From assembly GCA_963787415.1 (NCBI GenBank), contig CAWBCO010000002.1, positions 84,962 through 148,961 of the forward strand: a stretch of 64,000 nt of DNA, in the 5' to 3' direction. The translations under genes were made by a program, and so were the position numbers. A model generated the notes under the pieces. That model was not told the DNA's origin. It was given only the letters and a program-made list of their open reading frames with translations, and did not search any database. Positions 56,203 to 64,000 of this stretch are shown piece after piece. This stretch comes from an uncultured Solirubrobacterales bacterium (GTDB taxonomy: Bacteria > Actinomycetota > Thermoleophilia > Solirubrobacterales > 70-9). The stretch's first letter is position 1. Every line of letters starts with the position of its first letter.

Positions 56203-57636
56203 TCATCGCAGACGCCCACGAAGGACCACACGGCCCCCGCGGCTTGGGATCATCGTCACGTTGCGATGCTTGGGGCGCTCGGGCTCGGGATCATCGGCCT
56301 TGAGATCGAGATGGGCGGCCATCGTGCGCAACACGACCCGCTGCTCAGCCATCGCCAGCGCGGCGCCGAGGCAGCGACGGGTGCCCCCACCGAAGGGCAG
56401 CCACTCATAGGTCCCAGGCTTGTGCTCGAGCCAGCGCTCGGGTCGGAAGGCGAATGGATCGGGGTAGACGTCCTCGCGGTGATGGACGAGGAGGATGCTG
56501 ATCGCCACCGCGGTATCGGCGGGGATGCCGTAGGGACCCAGCTGCCAGGGAACCGTGATTCGCCGTCCCGTCATCGGCACCACCGGACGCGAGCGCATCG
56601 TCTCGATGATCGTCGCCTCCACCTGCTGATCGGCATCCTCCTCAGAGCGCACCGCCGCAAGCAGCCGCTCATGCGCCGCCGGGGTGCGGAGGAGACGCTC
56701 CCACGCCCAGGCGAGCTGGTTGGCGGTCGTCTCGTGACCGGCGAGGACCAGGGTGAGCAGATCGTCGCGCAGCTCCCGGTCAGTAAGGGCCTCGCCATCC
56801 TCGGTTCGGGCGCTGAGCAGGAGCGAGAGAATGTCGCGCCGCTCGCCGAGGTCGTCGGCTTGGCGCCGTTTGGCGATGATCGAGTACACGCAGCGATCGG
56901 GTACCGCCAGCCCGAGCCTCGTCAGCCCGATGGGTTGATCACGACCAAGGTTGATCAGCTCGGCGAGCCGGGCGGCCGGCAGAGTCGATGACCAAAGCAG
57001 TCTGCGGATCGAAAAGCGCAGGGAGTGCTCAAGGGTTCCCGGGCGTGGACGCTTCTCGATGCCGAAGATCCCACCCATGATCACGTCGAGCGTGATCGCC
57101 TGCATCCGCGGGGCCAGGGAGAACGCACGTCCGCTCGGCCAGGCGGCGATCTCGCGCTCAACAGCAGCTGCGATCAACTCCTCATAGCGAGCGATCGCCT
57201 CTCCATGAAAGGGCGGCAGCAGCAGTTTGCGCTGGCGCAGGTGGCGCTCGCCATTGGCGATCAGGACAGAGTTCGGGCCCAGCACCGGGCGCAGCGGCGA
57301 CTCGGCTGCGAGCGTTGGAACCAGCTCGGGCGAGGCGGTGAAGAGCGAGCGGATGTGATCGGGGTGACAGGTGAGAACCGGGGTGCCCCTGACGTAGCCG
57401 TGAGCGCTCCAGACATCGCCAAGCTTCTTGCGGAAATGGAAGACGTAGTCTGCTTGGCGCAGGTTGAACCAGAGCACCTGGAGCGCGGCCGGCAAGCCGA
57501 TTGAGGGTGGTTGAGGCAACTGAGTGAGATCAGCGGGTTCGATCGGCCCTGCCGCTGAAAGCGGGGCACTGCGGACCAATTCAGCATCGAAGGCATCGCG
57601 CTGGATCGGCGGTTCTGGGAGCGTCAGCAGTCTCAT
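56203..57636 (-). CDS. cytochrome P450
   Basis: Heme-binding loop FGGGTRRCLGAALA, ExxR in ETMRSRP, and I-helix-like LAGHETT. Confidence 0.85.
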   Translation of the reverse strand: MRLLTLPEPPIQRDAFDAELVRSAPLSAAGPIEPADLTQLPQPPSIGLPAALQVLWFNLRQADYVFHFRKKLGDVWSAHGYVRGTPVLTCHPDHIRSLFTASPELVPTLAAESPLRPVLGPNSVLIANGERHLRQRKLLLPPFHGEAIARYEELIAAAVEREIAAWPSGRAFSLAPRMQAITLDVIMGGIFGIEKRPRPGTLEHSLRFSIRRLLWSSTLPAARLAELINLGRDQPIGLTRLGLAVPDRCVYSIIAKRRQADDLGERRDILSLLLSARTEDGEALTDRELRDDLLTLVLAGHETTANQLAWAWERLLRTPAAHERLLAAVRSEEDADQQVEATIIETMRSRPVVPMTGRRITVPWQLGPYGIPADTAVAISILLVHHREDVYPDPFAFRPERWLEHKPGTYEWLPFGGGTRRCLGAALAMAEQRVVLRTMAAHLDLKADDPEPERPKHRNVTMIPSRGGRVVLRGRLR

Positions 57637-57806
57637 CGATGGGAAACTGTCTGTAAGCAGGTCGTCCCGGCGCGGGGCATACGGTCGAAATCGATCGGAG
57701 GCGGTAATTCGATGATGCCGATCACTCGGCGGTCCCCGGGGTCACCCGGGTGCTGGGGAAAGCAAGGCCGACCCAAGTGGAAGTGCTCGGCGAGGCATCG
57801 ACTTCA

Positions 57807-58253
57807 TCAGACGGTTAGAGGAGCCCGAACAAAACGATCTCGTGCGTCGGCATCCAGGCCCCAGGGGGCGACGATGAGGAGCTTCCAGGTGCGCTCCAGG
57901 TGACGGAGCAAGACGGTGGATCTCGAGGTCTGCGCGAAGGGGGCCTCGCCGTCGCCCGAGCGCATCGTCCAATGCTGTGCGCTCAAGGCGATCTCCCCGG
58001 CGATGATCATGCTCTGGCCCTCGACGTCAATCTGGGATTCACTGCCGACGAGCTGAACGAGGACGTCGCGAATCTCCTCGCGGCCGCGGATCGCCGTCGC
58101 GTCGGGGGTGAGAAAGCAGGCGTCCCTGGTAAAGAAGGACGCCGCGCGATCGGTGTCGCCCGCATTGAGCGCGGCGGCGAAGGCGAGGGTGACTCGCTCG
58201 GGGGTGGCCGTCAGAGAGGGGTTTCTAAGAACTGGAGCCATTGACGAACTCAT
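57807..58253 (-). CDS. SnoaL/NTF2-like (DUF4440-type) protein
   Basis: FAAALNAGDTDRAASFFTRDACFLTPDATAIRGREEI. About 148 aa. Confidence 0.6.
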   Translation of the reverse strand: MSSSMAPVLRNPSLTATPERVTLAFAAALNAGDTDRAASFFTRDACFLTPDATAIRGREEIRDVLVQLVGSESQIDVEGQSMIIAGEIALSAQHWTMRSGDGEAPFAQTSRSTVLLRHLERTWKLLIVAPWGLDADARDRFVRAPLTV

Positions 58254-58275
58254 CGCCTGATCCCGCCCTGGGCGG

Positions 58276-59057
58276 TTACTTTCGCACCGAGCAGGGCTTG
58301 GCGAAGGTGCCGGAGAGGAAGGTCCCGTTAGAAAAGGTGAATTCGCCCCGGGCCTGGAGGCGGCCGGTTTCGCAGCGAGCGTTGATGTAGGAGTAGCTGC
58401 GGCCCTTGTAGGTCCATTTGCGTCCGATCTTCAGGTTGCCCGAGATCGGCACCCCGGCACCGCCGGCGATCGGGGGGATCGTGCCTTTGGTGCGGTAGCC
58501 ATAGACCCCCTTGTGGATTTTTTCGATCACTATGGAGACGATGTAGGTGCTCGGCACGGGGACCGTGAGGTAGGCGTGGGCGAGAACGGTGGGATCGCCG
58601 TTCTTCGGGGGGCCGTTGAAGAGGGTGAGCGGTGAGGAGACCGGGATCGGCCTTGATTCGGGGAACTGGACGATCGCCTTGCCCTCCCCCTCTCCGACGA
58701 TCGCTTCGGGGCAGGCGCGTCGGGCCTGCCGGTGGTGGTCGCGGAGATCTTGCCCATCGTGCACCTTTCCAGGCCGGTGGTTTGGACCGAGCCGTGCTTG
58801 TCGAACTCGATCGTCAGCGTCTTTAGGATCGGAGGTAGGGCGCCGGAGACGGTCGAGATACTGCCGCCGCCGTGCAGGGTGATCGGGGCGTTTTCGTGCT
58901 TGGGCAGCGCCTTGGGAGCGAAGCCGCCTTCGGCGATGATCAGGATGTCGCCGGCATGGAGTTCCACGGCAGCGTAGGCGGTGGCAGCGAGGCCGAACAG
59001 GGTCAGGCCCAGGATGATTGCTACCAGCACCTTCTTGGGCATCGAGATTTTCCTCAT
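58276..59057 (-). pseudogene. secreted protein of unknown function, apparent frameshift near 58730
   Basis: MRKISMPKKVLVAIILGLTLFGLAATAYA ... CTMGKISATTT in one frame. ACPEAIVGEGEGKAIVQF ... FAKPCSVRK in the 58276-59355 frame. Its start overlaps the TetR stop (ATGA). Confidence 0.5.
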
Positions 59058-59710
59058 CCGATCTGGGTAGCCGGTTTGCTGGGCTCGCCGGCGTGGGAAT
59101 CGGCCAAGGCACCACGGATGATCGTCCCCATCGCGTCGGTGAGATCGCTGGTGTCGCGACGCCCGGTGGCAAGCCACTGCACGCCGATGCCGGTGACCAT
59201 CGCGACCACGGTATGGGCATAGCGACCCGGCTCAGGAATGCCCATCGCTTCGAAGGCCGCCTCTGCGAGGCCTTCATAGGCGGCGAAGCACCGTTGCGAA
59301 GCTTGTTGAAGGGCCGGATCGCGCGCCGCCTGCAAGTAGAGCTCCAACTCGGCAAGGGGCTGGGGCCGAAGGATTGACTCGGCTGCGATCCGCTGGATTT
59401 CCGCTGCCAGGCGCCTCGGACTGGGAGCCGGGCGACGAGAATGCAGCTCTGCGGTGATCGCCTCCAGACGAGCCACCTCCTCGGTCACGTAGAGATTGAG
59501 GCTCTCGCGCAGCAACACCGCCTGAGCGGGGAAGTGGTAGGTCAGCGAGCCCAGCGATACCCCGGCGGCGGCGGCGATGCGGCGGTTGCTGAGTGCCCCG
59601 ACGCCGTCTCGACCGACGAGTTCGAAGGTCGTGCGCAGGATGCGCTGTTTGGTCTCTGGCGCTTCGCGCTTGTCATTGGTGGCGGGTGTAGTGGCTGCGG
59701 CAATGGGCAT
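59054..59710 (-). CDS. TetR-family transcriptional regulator
   Basis: KQRILRTTFELVGRDGVGALSNRRIAAAAGVSLGSLTYHFP is the N-terminal TetR HTH. Confidence 0.8.
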   Translation of the reverse strand: MPIAAATTPATNDKREAPETKQRILRTTFELVGRDGVGALSNRRIAAAAGVSLGSLTYHFPAQAVLLRESLNLYVTEEVARLEAITAELHSRRPAPSPRRLAAEIQRIAAESILRPQPLAELELYLQAARDPALQQASQRCFAAYEGLAEAAFEAMGIPEPGRYAHTVVAMVTGIGVQWLATGRRDTSDLTDAMGTIIRGALADSHAGEPSKPATQIG

Positions 59711-59764
59711 AGCAAAGAACCTTGAGTTCTTGTTCGTTCGAACGAACAAGTATCCTAGCCGATC

Positions 59765-60583
59765 ATGCCGACTGCTATTTGCGCCTCAACGTCCAACGAT
59801 TCCGACCGCAACCTCAGCTACGTGCGCAGGGGCAGGGGAGAGCCGTTACTGATGATCCAGGGGATGAGCGCCACCCACCTCGCCTGGGGCCAGCCCTTCT
59901 CCTCCCTGCTGGAGGAGAGCTTCGACTGTATTGCCTTCGACAATCGGGGAATCGGGCACTCGGGACCGGCCGCAGAGCAATTCACGATCGCCGACCTCGC
60001 CGGCGATGCACTCGGCCTCCTCGATGCGCTCGAAGTCGAGCGGGCGCATGTGCTCGGGGTCTCGATGGGAGGGATGATCGCCCAGGAGCTGGCGCTCGGA
60101 GACCCTGACCGGGTCAGCTCCCTCACACTCGGCGCGACCTACTGCGGTGGGCCCGGGTCCCGGCTGATGGACCCTGCCGACTTCAGAGGGCTCGTCGAGG
60201 CGATGGCCTCCGGGGATCGAGGCCGGGTGATCGCGGCGATGTGGGAGCTGAACCTCTCCCCCACCTTTCGCGAGGATGAGAGCCGCTTCGGCGCCTTCGC
60301 TGAGATGGCGAAAGCCCTCTCATCTCCGCGGAAGACGACCGCCTTCCAGGTGCAGGCCGTCACCCGCCATGACACCAGCGCGCGCTTGGCCGACCTCAAG
60401 CCTGCGACCCTGGTCATCCACGGCAGCGAGGATCGCGTGCTGAACGTCGTTAACGGGCGATTGGTGGCATCGCTGATCGCGGCCCGGCTGGAGCTGTTGG
60501 AGGGCATCGGCCACATGTTCTGGTGGGAGCAATCCGAGCACTCCGCTGCTTTGGTCCGAGACCACGCAATGGCCCACGCTTGA
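59765..60583 (+). CDS. alpha/beta-fold hydrolase
   Basis: Nucleophile elbow GVSMGGMIAQE and a C-terminal GHMFWWE histidine motif. Confidence 0.75.
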   Translation: MPTAICASTSNDSDRNLSYVRRGRGEPLLMIQGMSATHLAWGQPFSSLLEESFDCIAFDNRGIGHSGPAAEQFTIADLAGDALGLLDALEVERAHVLGVSMGGMIAQELALGDPDRVSSLTLGATYCGGPGSRLMDPADFRGLVEAMASGDRGRVIAAMWELNLSPTFREDESRFGAFAEMAKALSSPRKTTAFQVQAVTRHDTSARLADLKPATLVIHGSEDRVLNVVNGRLVASLIAARLELLEGIGHMFWWEQSEHSAALVRDHAMAHA

Positions 60584-60593
60584 GACAAGACAT

Positions 60594-61517
60594 ATGACTC
60601 AGGTCACTACCAGATCGGCGCAGAACGCCCACTACTTTCCTCCCCGCCGCTCGATGGCGCGCCGGGTCCACGGTGAGCGCTCGGTCGGGCTGCTTTACGG
60701 GCAGCGAGCGCTTTTGATCGGAGCGCTGGAACCGCTCACCTACACCGCCACCATGCTGAGCACCCGCTCTGCCGAGCGCCCCTTCGAGCGGCTCGCCCGC
60801 ACGGCGAAGATTCAGGAGACGGTGCTGCTCGGAAGTTGCGAGGAAGCAGACGCGGCGCTGGCCGCAGTCCATCGCGTCCATGAACGAGTCAAGGGCAAGC
60901 TGCCAGAGGCAGCGGGCTCCCATGTCGCGGGCACCCCCTACTCGGCCGTTGATCCGGAGTTGATGCTATGGACGTTGGCGGTGATCGCCGACTCGGGGCG
61001 AGCGATATATGAAACTCTCGTCGGAGCCTTGAGCGAAAGCGAGCGCGAGGATCTCTGGCAGGACTACGTGCGCTTTGGCGAGTTGTTCGGATTAGCGAGT
61101 ACCGAGGTGCCGGGGAGCCACCGCGAGTTCGAGGCGTGGTGGAAGGGAAAGCTGGCTTCGCCCGAGTTACATGCGACGCCCCACGCCTTGGAGATGGCAC
61201 CCCTGGTCGCCTTCCACCAGCCGGTGCCGGCGGCGGGTCGCGCCAACCTCCTCGCCATAAACCACATCATCAAGGGAACGCTGCCGCCACAAGTGCGCGA
61301 GATCTTCGGGATCCGCTGGAGTGGCGCACACGAGGCAAGCTTTCGCTCGCTCAGCGCCGCCCATCGCCGCGCCCGCCATCTCTTCCCTCATCGGGTGCGT
61401 CGTGGCCGCAATGACACCTTCTTCGACGTGGTGAGCCGCACCGAGCGACGGCGGGGGGGAACGGTCACGCCGAAGATGGGAGCCAACGGACCTCCGAACC
61501 ACACCGCCCTGAAGTGA
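60594..61517 (+). CDS. MpaB/DUF2236-family oxygenase-like protein
   Basis: RRVHGERSVGLLYGQRALLIGALEPL ... HRVHERVKG ... DPELMLWTLAVI is typical of DUF2236. Confidence 0.6.
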   Translation: MTQVTTRSAQNAHYFPPRRSMARRVHGERSVGLLYGQRALLIGALEPLTYTATMLSTRSAERPFERLARTAKIQETVLLGSCEEADAALAAVHRVHERVKGKLPEAAGSHVAGTPYSAVDPELMLWTLAVIADSGRAIYETLVGALSESEREDLWQDYVRFGELFGLASTEVPGSHREFEAWWKGKLASPELHATPHALEMAPLVAFHQPVPAAGRANLLAINHIIKGTLPPQVREIFGIRWSGAHEASFRSLSAAHRRARHLFPHRVRRGRNDTFFDVVSRTERRRGGTVTPKMGANGPPNHTALK

Positions 61518-61908
61518 AAAGCATGATTCGTCCCGAAGGGGCGAATGTTCCTTGCTGCCCTGCTCGAGCAGCTGGTCATAGGGGACGCAGAAGGCAGGCA
61601 GTCGAGAAGCCCAGGACTGTTTGCTTCGGTAATCGAGGTGCCGGCGATCTCTGGCACGCACTTGCTGTGACCGTGGGCGTCCATGTGGGGTGGAGTCAGC
61701 AGACGCATTCGGGCGAATGGCGGCGGTCAGTTCTCCCGATGCGGTGCCTGCGTTGCCCACCCGAACGCATGTTCGCATAGGAGCCGTTCTGAGGGCGCGA
61801 GGCCTGAGGAGGAGGGATTGGCCGTATTCGGGGCGAATAGGCGCCAAGAGGACTATCAGGGCTCACGGCTCTCGCCGATGGGCGACGCGACCTCTACTCT
61901 CCAACCCA

Positions 61909-62535
61909 ATGGCCTTCCCGGTCCCAATTGCAAGCGTCCTAACCGGTGCAAGCCCGAGGCAACTCGGCTACTGGCGCAGGGCTACGGCAACAGACGAGCC
62001 GTTGCTCGTCCCTACTGCCAAGCGCAGCGGGCGCTATCTCTACAGCTGGGCAGATATCGTGGCGCTTCGGACGATTGTGTATCTGAGAGAGCAGAAGTCA
62101 CTCCCGAAGATTCGGCGTGCTGTGAAAACCCTACGCGAGCTTGAGGCACGCGAGTGGGGTCACTTGGGCCGATATCGCCTTGTACGGACCGCAGAGACAA
62201 TCATCGTCCGAACCCCAAAGGGGGAAATCCTCGACTTGGAACGATCTCCAGCGACGATCTTGGATGAGACCTTGATGGCCGACGTGCTCGGCCCCTTTGA
62301 GTCCCAGGGGCGAAACGTCCCGGCGCTGGAGAGGCCGCGCCCGTTCCTTATCGTCAATCCCGCGATCTTGGACGGCTACCCGGTGATTGCCGGCAGCCGG
62401 GTGCCGTTCCACCTTGTGGCAGCACTAGCCGACGAGGGTGCGGCAGCGAGTGAGATTTTGGAGGCTTATCCTTCGGTCGATGCCCGTGGCATCCCAGATT
62501 CGCAGTGGTTCGCGGATCAGGTGGCCGCGGCATAA
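61909..62535 (+). CDS. MerR-like HTH plus DUF433 domain protein (antitoxin-like)
   Basis: IASVLTGASPRQLGYWRR ... YSWADIVALRTIVYLRE, then NPAILDGYPVIAGSRVPFHLV ... ILEAYPSV (DUF433). Confidence 0.65.
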   Translation: MAFPVPIASVLTGASPRQLGYWRRATATDEPLLVPTAKRSGRYLYSWADIVALRTIVYLREQKSLPKIRRAVKTLRELEAREWGHLGRYRLVRTAETIIVRTPKGEILDLERSPATILDETLMADVLGPFESQGRNVPALERPRPFLIVNPAILDGYPVIAGSRVPFHLVAALADEGAAASEILEAYPSVDARGIPDSQWFADQVAAA

Positions 62536-62548
62536 AGCAGGCACGCTC

Positions 62549-62992
62549 GTGAAGCTTCTCTTAGACGAGGGGCTTCCCGTGCAACTACTGGAGCCGCTCA
62601 GGAGAAACCATGAGCACACATTTGCCCACGTCGAGGAGTTGGGATGGAAGGGGAAGCTAGATCACTTCCTGTTCGCCGATGCGGCCAAATAAGGTTTCGA
62701 CGCGATCATCGCACTCGACCTCGATCAGCTTTCGGATCGCACGGAGTGGAAAGCTCTCCGAAAATCGAAGCTCCATCACATCGGGGTCAAGCAGGGACGC
62801 ACGGTGAAGGGCACCAAGGGACTTGCTCGGATAATGGCCTCGATCATCGCAGCAATCCCCTACGTGATCGAGGAACTCGGAAGCGTGGAACAGCAAAGAA
62901 TCGTCGAAGTTGCACTTCTGAGCGGTGGTGTTCGTCATCAGAGCTTTGTCGCAAACCGTGAGAATGGCCCCTACCCATATTGGCGCCCGTAG
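62549..62992 (+). pseudogene. DUF5615 (PIN-like) family gene with an in-frame TAA
   Basis: GTG start VKLLLDEGLPVQLLEPL. TAA at 62690-62692. The same frame continues GFDAIIALDLDQL ... to 62992. Confidence 0.55.
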
Positions 62993-63067
62993 CCTAGATC
63001 CGCTGGACTCCCTAGAGCAATTCGCTTCTGGCGCAGATTCTGTAATGACGAGAGCCTAATGTAGGTT

Positions 63068-64000
63068 CTAGCGTAGTGTGACGTTCACCTTCGAGCCCGG
63101 GGTTAGAACAGTCCCCGGCTTGGGCTTCTGAGTCTTCACCTTCGCTGAGGCGCTCTTTTTGCCCTTCACCTTGCCGAGCTTGCATTGGGCCTTTAGAAGT
63201 GCCTTCTTGGCAGCCTTCAGCTTCTTGCCCGTGAGCTTGGGGACGGTGCAGGAGACTTTGGCGGGCAATGGCTGGGGTACCGGTGGCGCTGTATAGGTGA
63301 ACCGATCGGCTGAGCTGGTCGCAGTCGTTCCAGCCGCAGTCGTGACGCTGGTATCGACTGGCCCTGGCGTCGAGTTGGCCGGGGCCATCGCGGTTATCTG
63401 GGTTTCGGAGTTGACGGTGTAGGTCGTGGCCGCAACCCCGCCAAAGGTCACCCTACTGGCTCCCTCCAAGCCTGTGCCGGTGATCGTGACTGATGTGCCG
63501 CCATTGGTCGAGCCGGATGGAGGATTGACCGCGGTGATCGCAGGTGCCGGTTGAACTTCTGCGTTGAAGGCAAACTCACCGGGTGCTTGCAGGTTGAGGG
63601 GACCGCTTCCGGTTTCCGGTAGCGCGGGCTGAGCTCCTTCAATCTCGGCGCCAACGACACCAAAATATCCAATCTCGACGCTGGTGCTCGAGTTTTCGAG
63701 GGTCACAAGTTCACCAGCCTCGATCGCCAAGTCGGTCGTGAACGTCTGTAGCCCGGTGCTCGTCGGGGTTTCGAAGCTGCTTTGTGCAGTGCCTTCGTAT
63801 TTACCACCCCCAATTGCGTGCAGGACACGCACTCTCAGAGCTCCACCGGAGGCGTCAAGGACATGCCAGCGAACGACCTTTCCGCTTATTGGGGAGCTTG
63901 TATGCGTACCAGCCTCCGGCAGCGTGGCATCAAATGCAGTGCATACGGGGCTGCACATGTTCACAGAGGCAAATGTCGCAGTCAGCGGACTCCCAACGAC
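63068..64000 (-). CDS. IPT/TIG-domain surface protein with a Lys-rich PASTA-like C-terminus (5' end may lie outside the window)
   Basis: PAITAVNPPSGSTNGGTSVTITGTGLEGASRVTFGGVAATTYTV ... ADRFTY (IPT/TIG), then CTVPKLTGKKLKAAKKALLKAQCKLGKVKGK ... PGTVLTPGSKVNVTL. Confidence 0.6.
   Translation of the reverse strand, partial: VVGSPLTATFASVNMCSPVCTAFDATLPEAGTHTSSPISGKVVRWHVLDASGGALRVRVLHAIGGGKYEGTAQSSFETPTSTGLQTFTTDLAIEAGELVTLENSSTSVEIGYFGVVGAEIEGAQPALPETGSGPLNLQAPGEFAFNAEVQPAPAITAVNPPSGSTNGGTSVTITGTGLEGASRVTFGGVAATTYTVNSETQITAMAPANSTPGPVDTSVTTAAGTTATSSADRFTYTAPPVPQPLPAKVSCTVPKLTGKKLKAAKKALLKAQCKLGKVKGKKSASAKVKTQKPKPGTVLTPGSKVNVTLR

Noticed and set aside
56191-56991. 266-aa plus-strand ORF
   Set aside because: It is antisense to the cytochrome P450 gene, which carries unmistakable heme-loop and ExxR motifs.
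61167-61847. 226-aa minus-strand ORF
   Set aside because: It is antisense to the MpaB-like gene and the intergenic region, with a shadow composition.
1-64000. Search for integrase, transposase, IS ends, rRNA and prophage structural genes
   Set aside because: I could identify none in any listed frame. This is absence by eye only and needs an HMM search to confirm.

Overview
High-GC (roughly 60-65% by eye), Actinomycetota-like sequence (guess: Thermoleophilia or Rubrobacteria type, low confidence). Almost all of it reads as accessory or mobile DNA. Layout:

(i) 1-14 kb: a minus-strand conjugative type IV secretion block. It contains a cell-wall hydrolase, a TrbL/VirB6-like membrane protein, a VirB4-like ATPase, a VirB2-like pilin, a VirD4/TraG-type coupling protein, an ECF-like sigma/anti-sigma pair and a HicAB module.

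(ii) 11.8-19 kb: tandemly duplicated ssb plus replication-relaxation (Replic_Relax) modules, some of them decayed.

(iii) 19-39 kb: dense toxin-antitoxin content (MazEF x2, DUF4160/DUF2442, RelE-like, RES/Xre, VapBC x2). Mixed in are sigma-like gene fragments, a paralogous zinc-ribbon protein family sharing a structured upstream leader, an orphan divergent PurD-like ATP-grasp gene, and secreted repeat proteins (decapeptide-repeat and collagen-like).

(iv) 39.7-53.9 kb: two tandem pairs of a giant secreted protein (NHL propeller, five FN3-like repeats, PD40/TolB-like repeats) with a ~950-aa Cys-rich partner. One pair is heavily decayed.

(v) 54.7-61.5 kb: a chromosomal-looking TetR / P450 / Baeyer-Villiger monooxygenase / hydrolase / MpaB cluster.

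(vi) 61.9-64 kb: a DUF433/DUF5615 pair and an IPT/TIG surface-protein gene. A decayed copy of that gene's 3' end sits at 15.1-15.4 kb.

I found no rRNA, tRNA, CRISPR array, transposase, integrase or MOB relaxase. About 20 genes show frameshifts or in-frame stops while several 2.5-4.7 kb ORFs are intact. All homology calls are motif recognition by eye; no database search was run.
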